From assembly GCA_013265495.1 (NCBI GenBank), contig MU058584.1, forward strand, positions 7,654,407-7,718,406: a DNA stretch of 64,000 nucleotides, given 5' to 3'. A model generated the notes under the pieces. That model had not been told where the DNA came from, searched no databases, and worked only from the letters and a program-made list of their open reading frames with translations. The DNA is from Vicugna vicugna. Taxonomy: Eukaryota. Position numbers and translations under genes: made by a program. How positions within the stretch are numbered: the stretch's first letter is position 1; every line of letters begins with the position of its first letter. Of this stretch, positions 1-13,493 are shown in pieces.

Positions 1-150
1 GGGGGTTCTCAGCCTAGGACACTTTAAAAAGTCACAGATGCTCCTGGCCTCATTACCAACCAAGTAAATCACAGTCTTTGTGGGTGGGGCTCTGGCATCA
101 GTATTCTTCAAAATCATCCCAGGCTGTTCTCGGCAGCCAGATTGAGAACC
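1..150. mobile_element. MER5-like hAT-Charlie DNA transposon relic
   Basis: gtggggctctggcatcagtatt...cccaggctgttct...ttgagaacc resembles the MER5A consensus. Confidence 0.6.
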
Positions 151-639
151 TGGCCTGACAGGTTGCTTTAGGGTATCCTTTGCACCTGAACACTCTGCTC
201 AGCATCTCAGTGCAGTCTGAGGCATCGGTCCGCCACGCCCTCATCCTCTGGTATTAAACATTCCTCAGTGATCACGGTGAAGCTCCGTGCACCAGTCAAC
301 AACTCGGGGCCTTTATGCTATCTGCCATCTCTGTCCTTCCAACTGTGAGCTCCTAGGAAAAGAAAGCTTGCTGTAAAAATCTGGTCCCTTGCCAATTCAT
401 GATACTCAACACTTAAGGACCTTGGCCTCCTTTTACTTGTCTCTGTTGACTCACCGAGCACCTCCTCCAAATACGATCTTCTTCCACATCCGTCCCTCAC
501 TTTCCTTCTCGGCAACCATGTCTCCTCTTTCTTTGGGAGAATGTTGAGGCCAACCAGACGGAGCTGCCCAACACCCTTATCTTCATCCTCCCGCCTTCCT
601 CTTCTTATCCTTCCCTTCAGTCTTCAAGAAGAAAAATTC

Positions 640-1010
640 CACTTCCATTTATTAACTCCTACAGAGTACCAACCGTATGCAATGAATTAAAATACAGTGG
701 AAAAGACCTACTTAGAGAGCAATTAACAATAATTCATAGGAAAACAAATTAAATTCTTAAGAAGCCGTATTTAAATTAGTGATGAGTGTGTAGGAGAGAG
801 AGATCAATTCTGATAATTGAGGGAAGATTATGACATAGAGACATAGACATTTGGTCCAGACCTCAAATAATGAAAAGATTTTTAGCAGTCAGATATTAGG
901 CAGAAAGCAGTTCAAATCCAGAGGGACAGGATGGCCAAAGGTACCAGGTTGTGCATGATTTGATCCGGAAATAGTGAACAGCCAGGTCTAGCTGGAATAT
1001 GGCATAGAAG
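640..1010 (-). mobile_element. L2 fragment
   Basis: Purine-rich antisense L2 3' region (catttattaactcc...agagggacaggatggccaaagg). Confidence 0.5.
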
Positions 1011-1099
1011 GTGAATCTGTCTGAATATTTCTCCTTTACCAATACACTGAATTGCATTCATTTTTTTACATCATCCGAAATCTCGTGTGCACATCTACC

Positions 1100-2810
1100 T
1101 TCTCTGGTGTCTGACCTTTTGTCTAGGCTCCTTTTTAAACTTCATGTATACGCATGTCTTCCCTGCCCTACAGGAGACATTTTTGACCCCGATTATCTTG
1201 ATAAATACCATACCAGTACCTTGATTTCTCTGCCAAGCTCTCACAGTGTGTCTTATACTTTATTTCACTCCCCTTTTCACAGTCCTCACCTCATCCTCCC
1301 CTTCCAGCTTCTAGACTCCCCGCCCACTTTCCCCACCCCTCTGCCTCTGTCCTCACCCCCGCAGAAAGGCTCTGTTAAGGCTTCTCAGATCATGCAGACA
1401 AAAATCATTGGTTCATCTTCATTGTCTTTGGCCTCTTAGCAGTATCAGGCACCAGTGATGACAGCATTTTTCTTGGGAGTATTTTTATCTAGAGCAGCTG
1501 GGATGGTGCATGCTCTCTGAGCTCCTCCCACCCCTCTTACACACCTTGGTCTTTGCTGGTACTTCTTCCCCCTCCTTTTTTTTTTTTTAATTTTATTATT
1601 TATTTATTTATTTAATTGAAGTACAGTCAATTACAATGTGTCAATTTCTGGTGTACAGCACAATGTCCCAGTCATGCATACACATACTTATGTTCGTTTT
1701 CATAAATACATCTCCCTCCTTAACTGTGGGTATCCTGAAAGACTTTCCTCCCATCCTTACTTGTTTCATTTTGTTATTCGTACTTTTACCTGAGAACATT
1801 TATTGAGCACCTGCGCTAGGCCAAGCCCTTTGCTGAACACACGTGAATTTGGACTTCTCTATACACCCGCTGATTTTAACATGCCTTCTGTTCGCAAGGC
1901 TCCAATTCTAAAAGTTTGTGTGAAAAGTTTCTAAATGTACACTTTCTGCTGTGACTTTTCACCTGGATACTCATTCCATGATTCAGGTTACCAACACATA
2001 CATCCTTTGCCTTTACTCAAACATAATTTGCTCAAAAATAAACTCATTTCTCAGTGAAAATCAGTTTCTTTGCCTCAGTTGCTTTACCTTCATTAATGAA
2101 GTCACCATCTCCCAGTCCTCTACGCTGGAAATCTGCTCATGATATTTTACCCTTATCTCTCAGTCAGTTTTGTATCCAATATGCCACTACATTCTGATTG
2201 GTCTTTCTTAAGGATGCCCTGAAGATCCGTTCTCACCTCTCCATTTTTATAGCCACCCACTTGATCCAGGCTTTCATCACCTCACACGTAATTTACTACC
2301 ATAGACAATAACCGCTCTCCCTGCTTCCAGTCTCTCCCTTCTTAAGTAAATTCATTCTGTGAGCAGCGGCCATAGTAATCGTCCTATAACACCGTCTGAT
2401 CACATCCTTTTTGGTGACACTGCATGCCCACGACGTCACATCGCATCTCTTTGGTCTACCTTGTTTCCCTTGCCTGCATGCCTTCTTGATGTCTGCACAC
2501 CCCAGTACAATCAGGTCAAGTCTCACACACTTTCTTTCCATAGAGTTGTCTGACTCCTGAAAACTCTAGAAACCTTCTCTCTTTGACAGCCAGTCGCACT
2601 TAGAGGCTTTACCATACATACCACTTATCATTTATTACATGCTGTTACTATGACACATTTTTCCTGTCTGTTAATCCGCTTCTCTCCAAATAGATGGTAA
2701 ACTTCTTAGGAGCACAAATTGTGCTGTGCGTTTCCCTTTAACATGTCAGGGGATCTTGTATATTTCTCATCATATGTTCTGTGTTTAATATGTGGTATGA
2801 ATTAGTTGTA
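1100..2810 (+). mobile_element. Decayed L2, interrupted by a young L1 tail
   Basis: Pyrimidine-rich L2-like body ending ctctccaaatagatggtaaacttcttaggagc. Confidence 0.55.
1578..1705 (-). mobile_element. 5'-truncated L1 3' end
   Basis: Poly-T followed by aattgaagtacagtcaattacaatgtgtcaatttctggtgtacagc, nearly identical to the L1 tail at 16820. Flanking ccctcctt direct repeat. Confidence 0.85.
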
Positions 2811-3199
2811 ATAATTATCTATTCTTCAACAAACTGGTTTAGATCAAGATAAAGATCTTGATCTAAAGGACAAGGACAACAGGAAATAGTGTTTACACTA
2901 TATCTAAGGGGGTCATTTTCTCCTCTACAACATTAGTATCTAGTCTGTGTATCAGTTTTAATGTAGCTGCCTCTTCCTAACTCAGAAGGAGTCAGTAATT
3001 AGTGAGCCTTTAAATCTAAGTACCAAATTATGGGAAATACAGGGAGTATAAGAATTTATTAAGTGATACCCAGGGGGATCCAATCTGCCTAATCCACACT
3101 GGAGACTGAATGGAATCTACAGCACAAGTGACCCTATTTGAAAAAACAAAACAAAACAAAACAAAAAGCAGCAACAGGTTACCAGGGGAAAAAAGAGAT

Positions 3200-3640
3200 G
3201 GCCTCACGGAGAAATCTATATATTGAAATAAACCTAAGAGACATATCTGCCAATCACAGCATGCTACACTTATTTGGCTTCCAATTCAAATACGTAAACT
3301 TAAAAAACATTTTTTAAAAAAACAACTGGAGAAATGCAATTTGGACACTGAATATCTGTAATGTTAAGAAATTATTACCAGTATTTTAGATGTGATAATG
3401 GTATTGTGGTTATATTTGTGAAGGATCCTTTTCTGTTAGGAATGCATACTTAAATATTTACAGGTGAAATTATATGATGTTGGAATTTGCCTCAAAATTG
3501 TTGAGGAGGATAAGTGAAACAAGGATGGCCATGTGGCGGATTATTGAAGCTGAGTAATGAGTACCTACAAGTTAATTTATATTATTCTCTCTACTTTTAC
3601 TTTTGTTTAAAATGTCCCAAATATGAACGATTTTAAAACA
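3200..3640 (+). mobile_element. Old L1M (L1MC/ME-like) 3' UTR fragment
   Basis: gatgtgataatggtattgtggtt...aatatttacaggtgaaat...attattctctctactttt, typical of the L1MC 3' end. Confidence 0.65.
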
Positions 3641-5000
3641 GTCATTTACCATTTAAGCAATTCTTGTTAAATAATTTTGACCTGACAATGTATTGCTATG
3701 CTTTTTGAAAAGAATCCTCATCTTTTACAAATACCAATTGAAATATTAATGCATGACATGGTGGGGGGAAAATGAAGTCACTGAGGTCATTGCTTTTTTT
3801 AAGTTAGAGTAAAGCAAAACCACAAAATTTTTACACTGTCATTGAAAAAATTTCTTATCCCCAGGAATACATCCACAAACACCAAGTAGAGAAACGATAC
3901 TTTAGAAAGTTTTGTAAAGCCTGTTCTGTATTTTACCTGTTTTTACCTAAAGATTATGCCAGTTTCAGGTAACACTTTGAGTGGTACATCCTGTACATGA
4001 GTGCATACAGAGAGAAAAAGAACCAAACACTGGGTTGTGTGAGTAGTTACAGTTCCTAACAGTATAAGATTTGTCACAAGGGTAGTAACTTTAAAAATCA
4101 TTTGTTTATATTCCAGTTAATATCAGCCTTCAGTGGATATGCATTGAGATGTGCTGAAACAGCCCTAGATTAAAAAAAAAAAGATCCCACAGGCTTTCTC
4201 CAATATCAATTTAATTGGTAAATTCAGTCTTAGCCCTCTGACAAATTTTTCAATGAAACACTGATTATTAGCAAGTTTATCTGATTCGGGGGAGAAGGAG
4301 AGTCTTGTCTCTGACATTAGGATATTCATGAACAGCAAAATAGTCATTAAGTGAAAATCAGATTCCAGCTGACTATCTGAAAAAACCACAAGTTAGAAAA
4401 TCACTCCTGGATGAATGAGAATTGAGTGTGATACCCATACCTTCATCACTTCGAGTGGATTTCTGTAAAGCATGTAATTCTCTCTTCTTTTCACCTTGAA
4501 GCCATATGTGCTCATCGAACTCCATTCTCATACTGACAGTATCTCAATAAAGTTAAAGTCAAGTGCACAACTGATTCACTTAATGAGCTCATTTTATGCT
4601 CTCTCAAAGTCTCATTTGGCACTATAACCAAAAAGAAACTAAACTTTGTATACTTAACTAGGAAACACAGGATTTATCAAAGAGCCATTCTGAGAATATC
4701 AGTCAAATGTGAATATTTTTTAATCAGAATGAGTCAGGAGTACTGTTTAGCAGTGAAACTGGAATTTAAGAATAGGATTATTAACATGTGTAATAATTTA
4801 TAAAGTTATTTTAAATGAGCATGTATTTCTTTAGAACTTAAAAAGAAACCTTTATTTAAAAAAATGTGATACCAGGTACCTATACTGTGTCTACACTGTC
4901 CAGTGAGTGGCCACTGTGGTTACTGAGCACTTGAGCTGTGGCCAGTCCCAACTGGGATGTGCGGTGGGTGTGAAGTGCATACTGGATTTCAGGGCTGGGT

Positions 5001-5112
5001 AAAAGGAAGGAAGAGAGGGAGGCAGGGAGAGAGAGAGAGAAGATAAGAGAAGGGAAGGAAGACAGAAAAAGAAGAAGAGAAAGAATAAGGGAGGGAGGGA
5101 GGAAGGAAGGAA
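5001..5112 (+). repeat. GA-rich polypurine low-complexity tract
   Basis: About 110 nt of near-pure purines (ggaa, gaga, ggga units). Confidence 0.9.
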
Positions 5113-5149
5113 ATCCATCTCATTAATCATTTTTAAATTAATTCTTTGT

Positions 5150-5538
5150 TGTATTAGTTTGCTGGGGCTGCCATAACAGAGTACCACATCCTAGGCAGCT
5201 TAAACAATGGAAATGTATTTTCTCACAATTCTGGAAGACAGAAATCTGAGCGCAGTGTGAGAAGGACTGGTTTTGTCTGAGACCTCGCTCATCGGCTTGT
5301 GGACAGCCACCTGCTGTTATCACCTCGTCTTCCTTCTGTGTGTGCTTGTGTCCAGATTTTCTCTCCTTACAAGGACATCAGTCATACTGGATTAGGGCAT
5401 ACCCTAAAATTCTCATTTTAACTGAATTACCTCTTTAAAGACCCTGTCTCCAAATGCAATCCCATTCCGAGATAGTAGGAGTAGAAGTTAGGCCCTCTTT
5501 AAAGGAATTTGGGGCAGATACAACTTAGCCCATAAACA
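5150..5538 (-). mobile_element. MLT1 (ERVL-MaLR) solo LTR
   Basis: tgtattagtttgctggggctgccataacagagtaccac...ggattaggg...cttagcccataaaca, typical of MLT1A-C. Confidence 0.85.
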
Positions 5539-5964
5539 CATGTCAAAATGATAATATTTTGGATATATTTGATTACATAAAAAATTATTAAAATGCCTTT
5601 CGCTTGTTTTGTTTTACTTTTTTCAATGTGGCTACAGAAATGTGGCTTGCATTGTATTTCTATTGGACAACGCTGCATTTTATTTCTTTGGAATGTTAAA
5701 AACATTGTACCCATCACCTGTCGGAGGAATAGGAAGAAGTTCTAATTCTGAATAAGTGTCTCACTTTCTATTTAATTTCACTTTTAGTACTTAGCTTTAC
5801 TGAGGTTTTGCTCAGGAGTAAAAGCAGTGAGATGGAATACAAAGCACATGAAATGTGCACAGGGAAAATTAGCTCAGAGAGCTGTTTGGATCTTGCCGTC
5901 TTTATGATCTCAGGCACATCCTTTCCCCTCTTTGTACTTTAATTTCTTCTTCCTAAGAAAGAGA

Positions 5965-6210
5965 GAATAATAATGGCTGAAATTTATTGAGTGTTTATTA
6001 TGTGCTGAACATTCTTCTAAATTTCTACCCTAGTAATTTATTTAATCCACACAACAAGCTTTTGAAAGGTAATAATGATAATTGGTACAATTATTACTCT
6101 ATTTTGACAGAACACTGAAGCACACAGTGTTTAAGATTAATTAACCCGCCCAAGGTCCCAGAGTTAGTAAGAAGTAGAACCAAGTGGTCTGACTCGATTC
6201 CATCCTTTAT
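5965..6210 (-). mobile_element. MIR SINE
   Basis: aatttattgagtgtttattatgtgctg...actgaagcacac...cccaaggtcccagagttagtaag. Confidence 0.7.
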
Positions 6211-6284
6211 TTCTTCCTGTACTTCTATCTCATAAATTGTTTCGAGGATCAATTGAGATGGTGTCTGTGAATGTATTTAAAAAT

Positions 6285-6500
6285 TATTTTTTTATTGAAA
6301 TATAGTCCGTTTACAGTGCTGTGTCAATTTCTTGTGTACAGCATAATAGTTCACTCATACATATACATACATACATTTGTTTCCATATTCTTTCCCATTA
6401 TAGGTTACTACAAGATATTGAATATAGTTCCCTGTGCTATACAGAATAAACTTGTTTATTTTATATATAGTAGTTAGTATCTGCAAATCTCAAACTCCCA
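6285..6500 (-). mobile_element. L1 3' end fragment
   Basis: ttttattgaaatatagt...acaagatattgaatatagttccctgtgctatacag...tgcaaatctcaaactccca, homologous to 16820-17030. Confidence 0.85.
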
Positions 6501-7175
6501 ATTAATGGTAGTTAATTTTATGCCCATTTTTCCTAGAAATAGTGAAGATAAAGCTATTGTTTTTCTTTTGATCAGCAAGTCTATACATCTTCCTTGACAG
6601 CCTGATAATTTCAGAGCTAAAAAGAAGACTGTGTCTGTGTTTTTAGTACATTATTGAATCACAAGTCTTTAATTCAGAAATCATTATTTTATTTTGAAAG
6701 TAGATTGAAATAGATTGAGTAGACATAAACAGTTGGCAGAGGGAGTATCAAAGTACTCACTAATAATAACATTTCTAGGAATTCTGAAGCCATAGTTACG
6801 AAAAAGAGAAATTTGGGGAAAATTGTGAATATATGCATTAATACATTTTCTCAGCAATATTTACATCTCTCATCTAAAGTTACCTTGTTATTCTGCAAAG
6901 AAACAACTTGATCAGGTCATAAAAATCATTATTTGGAACTGTAGATTCATCAGAGTCTGTTAGTGGTTACAGTCTGATTTCTGCTTCTAAACTACTTTTA
7001 AAACAGTCTAGGGGAAGAGAGTTTTTAGGAAACCACATCAATTTTTCTCTTATACCTCAAGTCATATTTACAAATTTTATTGACACATCCCTCAGTACAA
7101 CCTCATGTATAAAAAATTTAAAATACTAAAGAATTTTTCTAATAATTGTACTGTTTTCATTAAATTTACCATAGA

Positions 7176-7353
7176 TAAACAAGATTACACTGTATAGCAC
7201 AGGGAAATATACACAAAATGTTATGATAAATCACAGAGAAAAAAATGTGACAATGAGTGTGTATATGTCCATGAATGACTGAAAAATTGTGCTGAACACT
7301 GGAATTTGACACAACATTGTAAAATGATTATAAATCAATAAAAAATGTTAAAA
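7176..7353 (+). mobile_element. L1 3' end of a distinct subfamily, with TSD
   Basis: ctgtatagcacagggaaatata...caataaaaaatgttaaaa. TSD aaatttaccataga (7162-7175) / aaatttaccttaga (7354-7367). Confidence 0.85.
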
Positions 7354-9254
7354 AAATTTACCTTAGAATAGTTTTAATTTTATTATAACTGAAGCCCTAC
7401 GTCACTGATCTTTAAGCAGTCTTGCCTCCCTTAGTTTTTACCACTTTGTGAGAAGTGAACAAAATTTGATAGCTAAAGCAAACATCCGGATTAAGGTGAA
7501 GCAAAGCACATGTTTTAATATATGTTCCATCCTCCATATTGTGAAGCAGGCAACACACACTCACACACACACACACACTTTCTGAAGAGGGACAGAGAGA
7601 AGTAACAAAATGCTCGATGGTTGTAACTTCTGGTGTATAGATCTTTGTGCCATCAGTCTGATTTTCAATACCAGTAGTTTCAGCATCATCAGTATATTTT
7701 ATTTTTATCACCTTCATGGATTTCTATTTTCTGCAAACTGAAATTTTGCAAAAATTGAGACAAACTCCTTTACATTTTGGTTTATTTCTTGATCGGGAGT
7801 GAATATGTACTAAGACAGAAGTTCTGTCTTCGGCAACTTTGAAAGTACCTTTCCGATTCCAATGCATGTGCTGTCTATTTGGTGACCTGGACAGATGTGG
7901 TCCAGTGCTGTCACTAGGAAACAGTCTGACTTTGAACATTGGAAACAAGAAATTTGTAACAGCTCAACCTGGCAAATTTCTTCTGATTTTAGTTTCATCT
8001 CTCATATTAACAGAAATGAACCTAAATTTTCTAAAACAGCTTTAAATGTCTTATCTGGATCATCTGGCCCTTGAGCTCTGGAATGTCTGACAAGGTGCAT
8101 TCACTAATTCATCTGTAGGGATGGCTGAAAACATTCTCTCGAGGCCTTTGGGAATTCTGCAGTTGAATCCAGATGACAGCTTTATCAACTAGAGGGTTCA
8201 GTGGACCTTGGAGAAATTTAAAACCCTTGACTATAGCTGCTTCTTCAAAGACTTCATTAGTTTTTACTACAGTCTTAAAAGAAGTAATGATTCTACCCTT
8301 TAAAGAGTTTTACTATTGTTTTTTTTTAATTCATTGCATTATTTTTGTTCATTTTTACATGTTTTTGCATGTAAAGTAAGTGATATTGTATTTACTTTGA
8401 ACTTTTATGATTATTTGCCTCATAATATAAGGAAGAATTCATTTAAAGCCACTCCACACCTATGCTGTTATTTTATTATGTAGCTTACCTGTTATGACCT
8501 TCCATCATGCTTTCATAATACTTGAGTTTATTGCCCCAGCTTTCTCTTAGACTTTACTAACTTCACTATAATGCATCAGTACTCATCTATGTAAATACTT
8601 TTGAAAATCAAAACAACTAACACATTTTGTTTTATAGTATCTATGATTTTTCTTTCATATCTTTGTCCATCCTTCAGTCTTTATAACAAGACCCAGTGTT
8701 CTATCGCATAGACCTTATAACCCCTTAACACCCTGCTTCTAAAATGAACAAGCTTTAAGAATATCTATTAAATGAATGGTGTGATGGATATAATAATTTT
8801 AAATTGCCTTGCAGTTATGCATTTTTAGATAAGAAAAGTAGAATTCCTAAAGCATAGATTACTCATGTGAGCTGGTCATTATTTCCCCCTAATCTTCAGG
8901 TGTTATCTTCTTACAAATGAAGCCACTAGGCTTTTCTTGTGATCCTAATATTTGGTTACTTGAATATGAAACATTTGTGGTGGTAGTGATGTTATAGAAT
9001 TAGCAGCAACAGAAGAATCACATGGAATCAGAGAAGAGCCTTCATCGTGATCAACGTCATGACGGACTGTCCTATGTCTTGAAGGCATTTCTCACAAGAC
9101 CATGCTTGGTTATCCTAGTAGCATTTGGAATCAAGGGTTTCATTTCACCATGTTTGCAGATCACTTTTGCTGATGGGGTGAGCATCAACCCAACCCTAAT
9201 CAAGAATGGAGAAGACATAATATTATGTAACAGGATATATTCTGCAATCAGAAT

Positions 9255-9430
9255 ACCTGTATCAAATCCCAGCTCCACCACTTCCTAAATGACTTTAAGC
9301 AAATGAATGAGCTTCTCCAGATCCTCATCTGTAAAAAAGGAATAATACTAATACTAATAATAATATCTGCTTCATAAAGTTGCTGTAAGATTAAATGTGT
9401 TAATATATGTAAATCAGTTTGAAAACTATC
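9255..9430 (+). mobile_element. MIR SINE
   Basis: tcaaatcccagctccaccactt...cctcatctgtaaaaaaggaataatac core. Confidence 0.75.
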
Positions 9431-9929
9431 TGACATTTTACTATCATTTAGTGAGATTTTTTGCACATCATAATTTTCAATGCAGAAATGTTTCCATATG
9501 GTGGAAGTTGGTCTACCAGTTTCATTGAAGAAAAAAAGAAAAATATAGCACATTAACTAGTATATGTGATAATATACTAAGAATGCATCAATGTAGTAAT
9601 GGTGTCATCTAAGAATTATCTGAGCATCATTTTAGTTTTACCTTTTTGTTGAGATCAACTGTGGAATTTGCTATCACCCATTATGATCCCTGCCTTCAGG
9701 AAACTTTCATTTTGGTTAAGGAAATGGACATTTATATACTTAACTAGATACAAGACAAAGGATGAAGAGTCTGAACTGAATGTTCAGAGGGTGTCGTGTT
9801 TTAGCTGCAGTATTCAAAGATGTGTTACATTTGCACTAAGCCATGAAGGATAAACAGGTGGAGATGGAAGAAAAAAGTTTTAGGCTGAGAGAACACCATG
9901 AATAACTAAGTGTTTTATTCATTTGGACC

Positions 9930-10400
9930 CTTTAGAATATAAGTAACTGAAATTATATTCAAGCATACTCAGTTGTTTAAAAATAACAGAACAGTTTACT
10001 GGCTGGTGTAACTGTACAACCCAGAGGTAGATAGAGCTGCCACAGCTGGACCCAGACTTTCCAATGATGTCTTTAAGCATCTGCCTCTCTCCAAGTCTTA
10101 ACTGTGCAGTTCTCTGTGTTGACTTCATTTGCTGGCAGATTTGACCCCTCTTCATCCCGAGGCAGGCTTGCTCTCAGGCTTACATCTTTAAAAGATTTCA
10201 TTCCTAACTGAAAGGGAGCATCTCTTTCCTAGCAGATGTTAGGAAATGTGACAAATGTGCTGTGATTGGCTTCGCTTGGTCACATGCCATCTGTCATCAC
10301 CGAGGCCAAGCCAGATGGGTGTACAGAGGGACTTGGCCTGATCAGTGCAGTCCCATCTAACCACCAGGACTGAGAGTGGGACGAGGAGGCTTCCCGAATT
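9930..10400. mobile_element. Old MaLR LTR (MLT1J/K-like)
   Basis: aagtaactgaaa...tgtgattggcttcgcttggtcacatgcc, typical of old MLT1 elements. Confidence 0.5.
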
Positions 10401-10656
10401 TACGTCTGGTCTACCAACAGAGGAGGGATGGTGCAAATATGATAGAATAGAGAGGATGAAGATGGATTATTGTTTTGACTCATCTTTCTCTCCCTTAGAG
10501 AATGCTGTGAACTAAAGGTGAATCATTAATGGGATCATTGTAATTCCCCATCACAGCCTCCCTGATTGTCTTCTCTGAATTCTTACAGCATCTATATACT
10601 CCACTTAGCAATGTAACATTGAATCACATACTATTTTATAATCTATAGTGAGACTG

Positions 10657-11071
10657 TGTGTTAGTCAGTGTTACATCTGTCTCTCTAACTATACATCTAC
10701 CTATGAGTTTTTTGGTAAGGAATTCACTCACATAATGATCAAGGCTGTTAAGTCCAAAATCTGTAGGATGGGTTAGCAGGCTGGAGACCAAGAGAACCAG
10801 TCTTCCTGTTTGAGTCTGGTGGCTCGAGAATTCTGCTAGAGAATTCTCTCTCACTGGAGAAGTCCAGTCTTTTTGTCCTTTTCAGATCTTCAACTGACTG
10901 GATATGGCCCACTCATATCTTGGAGAACAGTCTGCCTTATGGAAAGTCCACAAGTTTAGATGTTAATCTCATTCAAAAGCACTCTCACAGAAACACTCAG
11001 AATAATGTTTGTACCAAATATCTGGGCACTCCATGCCCCAGCCAAGGTAACACACAAAATTCACCATCACA
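10657..11071 (-). mobile_element. MLT2 (ERVL) solo LTR with 5-bp TSD
   Basis: TG...CA termini, MLT2-type text (aagtccaaaatctgtagg...aaaattcaccatcaca). TSD gactg (10652-10656) / gattg (11072-11076). Confidence 0.85.
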
Positions 11072-13050
11072 GATTGTTTTTTATGTTTACCCTTATTTTA
11101 TCTGTTCCCATTCTCTTTGGAAATATTGCAGTTCCTGTTTTGCTGTTCCAGAGAAATGTAATTATTTTTGCACCAAAAAGGAAATTTTTATCAGTTGATT
11201 TCAATTTCAGTTCTTTTTTGGAAAAGGGTTTTCCTTATGACAAAGTTAAATTGTAAACAAACAGATATTTTTCCTAATAGTTAATACTTGAAAAATAGCT
11301 TTAGCCCTTTTGAAATTACTAATATTATCTAAAACCAAAAATAGTGGTGAGAGGAGTGGTCATTTTTAAAGAAAGTGTTAAAATTGTTCTATTAAGACTG
11401 TTTTGTTGGGATGAAAGGTTGCTATTTTATGCGAAGCAAACTCAGTATATAGAGATTGAAATTTTCCAAAAATAAATAGTCCCAGTTTTAGAAAGAATTC
11501 TTAGGATTGTTTAAATAGCAATATTCGATAATATGTTTAAAATACTTAATATATTTTTCATATTTATGAACTTATCTGTTATATCAATACAAGCCTTTAG
11601 ATTAAAAGCTAGATTGGAATTATTATAACTTCTAGGAGGACCTCAGGCAGAGTATATAAGTTTTCAGATTTCTCTAAGAATCCTGTATCCATGTTTTTAT
11701 TCAGTTATGGAAAAAAGCAATCGTTTCAATGCATCTTAAATGCAAATACAATTACTGTCACTTATATGAGGAAAGTCCTCCCACCTCTTATTCTTCCAAA
11801 TCCATTATCCCTTGCTGTCACCATCCAAGTAATTTTAGAGCCTTAGACATATGCTGGCCCCAGACAGAAATATACTCTTAGGCAGCTGTTGGGCTGAATG
11901 AGAGTTAAAAAAAAAAAGAGAGAAATATATAGCTACGTCAGAATTAAGATAGGTTTGTTGTTATTGTTTCTACTCAAGTAAATATCTTTAAAATCCTGAG
12001 GTTTCTTTATAATAGCTGTTGAATTTCACATTAATCTTACATAGTTTTGTAATGTTTATCATGTTGCTATTTAGGGATGAAAAGCTCTAGAAAGAATAAA
12101 AAGGTAACAATAGGTAAAGGAGAAGAGTTAAGGAAGAATAAAACTGAAAATAACAGACAAAGTTGTGTCCTGCCTGCAAACCTAGTGCTCATCCACGGGA
12201 TAACCTGGATTGGATTGGGCTCGGTGTTTTTTCCTGTGTTAGGGATGTTTCTTACAGATGGGAGAGGCAAATAGACACCTTCTTTGCTTCCCAGCATTTT
12301 GACTACAGATATGGCTCAAATCTATAGACATCCTCAGACCAGGTCATTAGGATCTTTATATCACTTGAAATACCATTCTCAATGCAGATAACTGTGTATC
12401 CCTCCCAAGCAAAGAAGAGGATGTGCATGGAGAACTAAGTTCTGGGAATCCAGGAGGTTGTACCTTATAGTTACTCCCTAGTTATCTGGACCTGAGTCAC
12501 TCAGGTTCCTGCTGACACAGAAATCCAGTCCCTTAGGAAATGGCCTGGGTTGTTCTTTTCCTCATTTATCCCATAATATTTATGAAGCTCCTGCTGTATA
12601 TACAGCACTATGCTAAGTACTAGGGATAAAATAACAAGTGTGATCTCTCAGTCCCGGTCTTTGAAATCTCACCCAGCTCTGAAGGTCCATCTCAAACATT
12701 GCCATCCGTAAAGCCTCCCCGTGAAGCCCACCAAGCTTGAGGCCACCCTGCCCATCCAACTCACTGACTCATCCAGCACTGTGTCCCCTGCCACAAGCCA
12801 GGCCTGTGATTTTAGACATGCTTTGTATCTCCCACGTCCACCTGAGACACTGAATAAACATTTGTTGAGTTAATAATGAAATGCCTGTCCCACAGTGCCA
12901 GACTACAGCCTAGGCTGTCCTCAAAGGCTTTCTGGAGCACGTTTCTCCCATAGTTTTTTTTTTTACAAGTTTGGTTGCCTGCCTTTCTAGCCTCTACAAA
13001 TTAGAAGTAAATGGCTAGGAGTGAGGAAAGGGTTTTAGTGAAACATTCTC

Positions 13051-13493
13051 TCATCATTCTAAGTGAAGTAAGCCAGAAAGAGAAAGAAAAATACTGCATG
13101 ATATCACTCATATGTGGATTCTAAAAAAAGAAGAAATTAATGAACTCATCTACAAAACAGAAATTTTGGGGGAGTGATGTAGCTCAAGTGGTAGAGTGCA
13201 TGCCTAGCATGCACAAGGTCCTGGGTTCAATCCCCAGTATCTCCTCTAAAAAATAAATAAATAAATGAACCTAATTACCTTCCCCTCCACCAGAAGAAAG
13301 AAAGAAAGAGAGAAAAAAACAAATTTCTTCTGTATAGCACTAGGAGTTATATTCAATATCTTATAGTAACATATAGCAAAAAAGAATAAAAAATATGAAA
13401 TGAATATATGTATGTATATGTATGACTGAAACATTATGTTGCACACCAGAAATTGACACACTGTAAGTGACTATACTTCAATTTAAAAAAAAA
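13051..13493 (+). mobile_element. L1 3' end fragment carrying a nested SINE
   Basis: tcattctaagtgaagtaagccag...tgactatacttcaatttaaaaa aligns by eye to the L1 at 20580-20993. Confidence 0.85.
13168..13319 (+). mobile_element. tRNA-Ala-derived SINE (camelid vic-1-like)
   Basis: A box tagctcaagtgg, tgcctagcatgcac stem-loop, B box ggttcaatccc, family tail aacctaattacctt, A-rich end. Confidence 0.85.

Larger units (their letters stand above)
4891..5676. mobile_element. MER3-like hAT-Charlie element, interrupted by a purine-rich tract and an MLT1 LTR
   Basis: Termini cactgtccag... and ...ttggacaacgctg, with internal ctgagcacttgagctgtggccagt. Confidence 0.65.

Noticed and set aside
12075..12113. 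Possible poison exon (ttgctatttAG|GGATGA...AAG|GTAACA or TAG|GTAAAG)
   Set aside because: The acceptor is weak, such pseudo-exons are common in long introns, and there is no independent support.
13168..13245. tRNA-Ala gene (also at 28472 and 45180-45255)
   Set aside because: All three share a non-tRNA tail and A-rich end, two have clear TSDs, and the stems are degenerate. They are SINEs, not tRNA genes.
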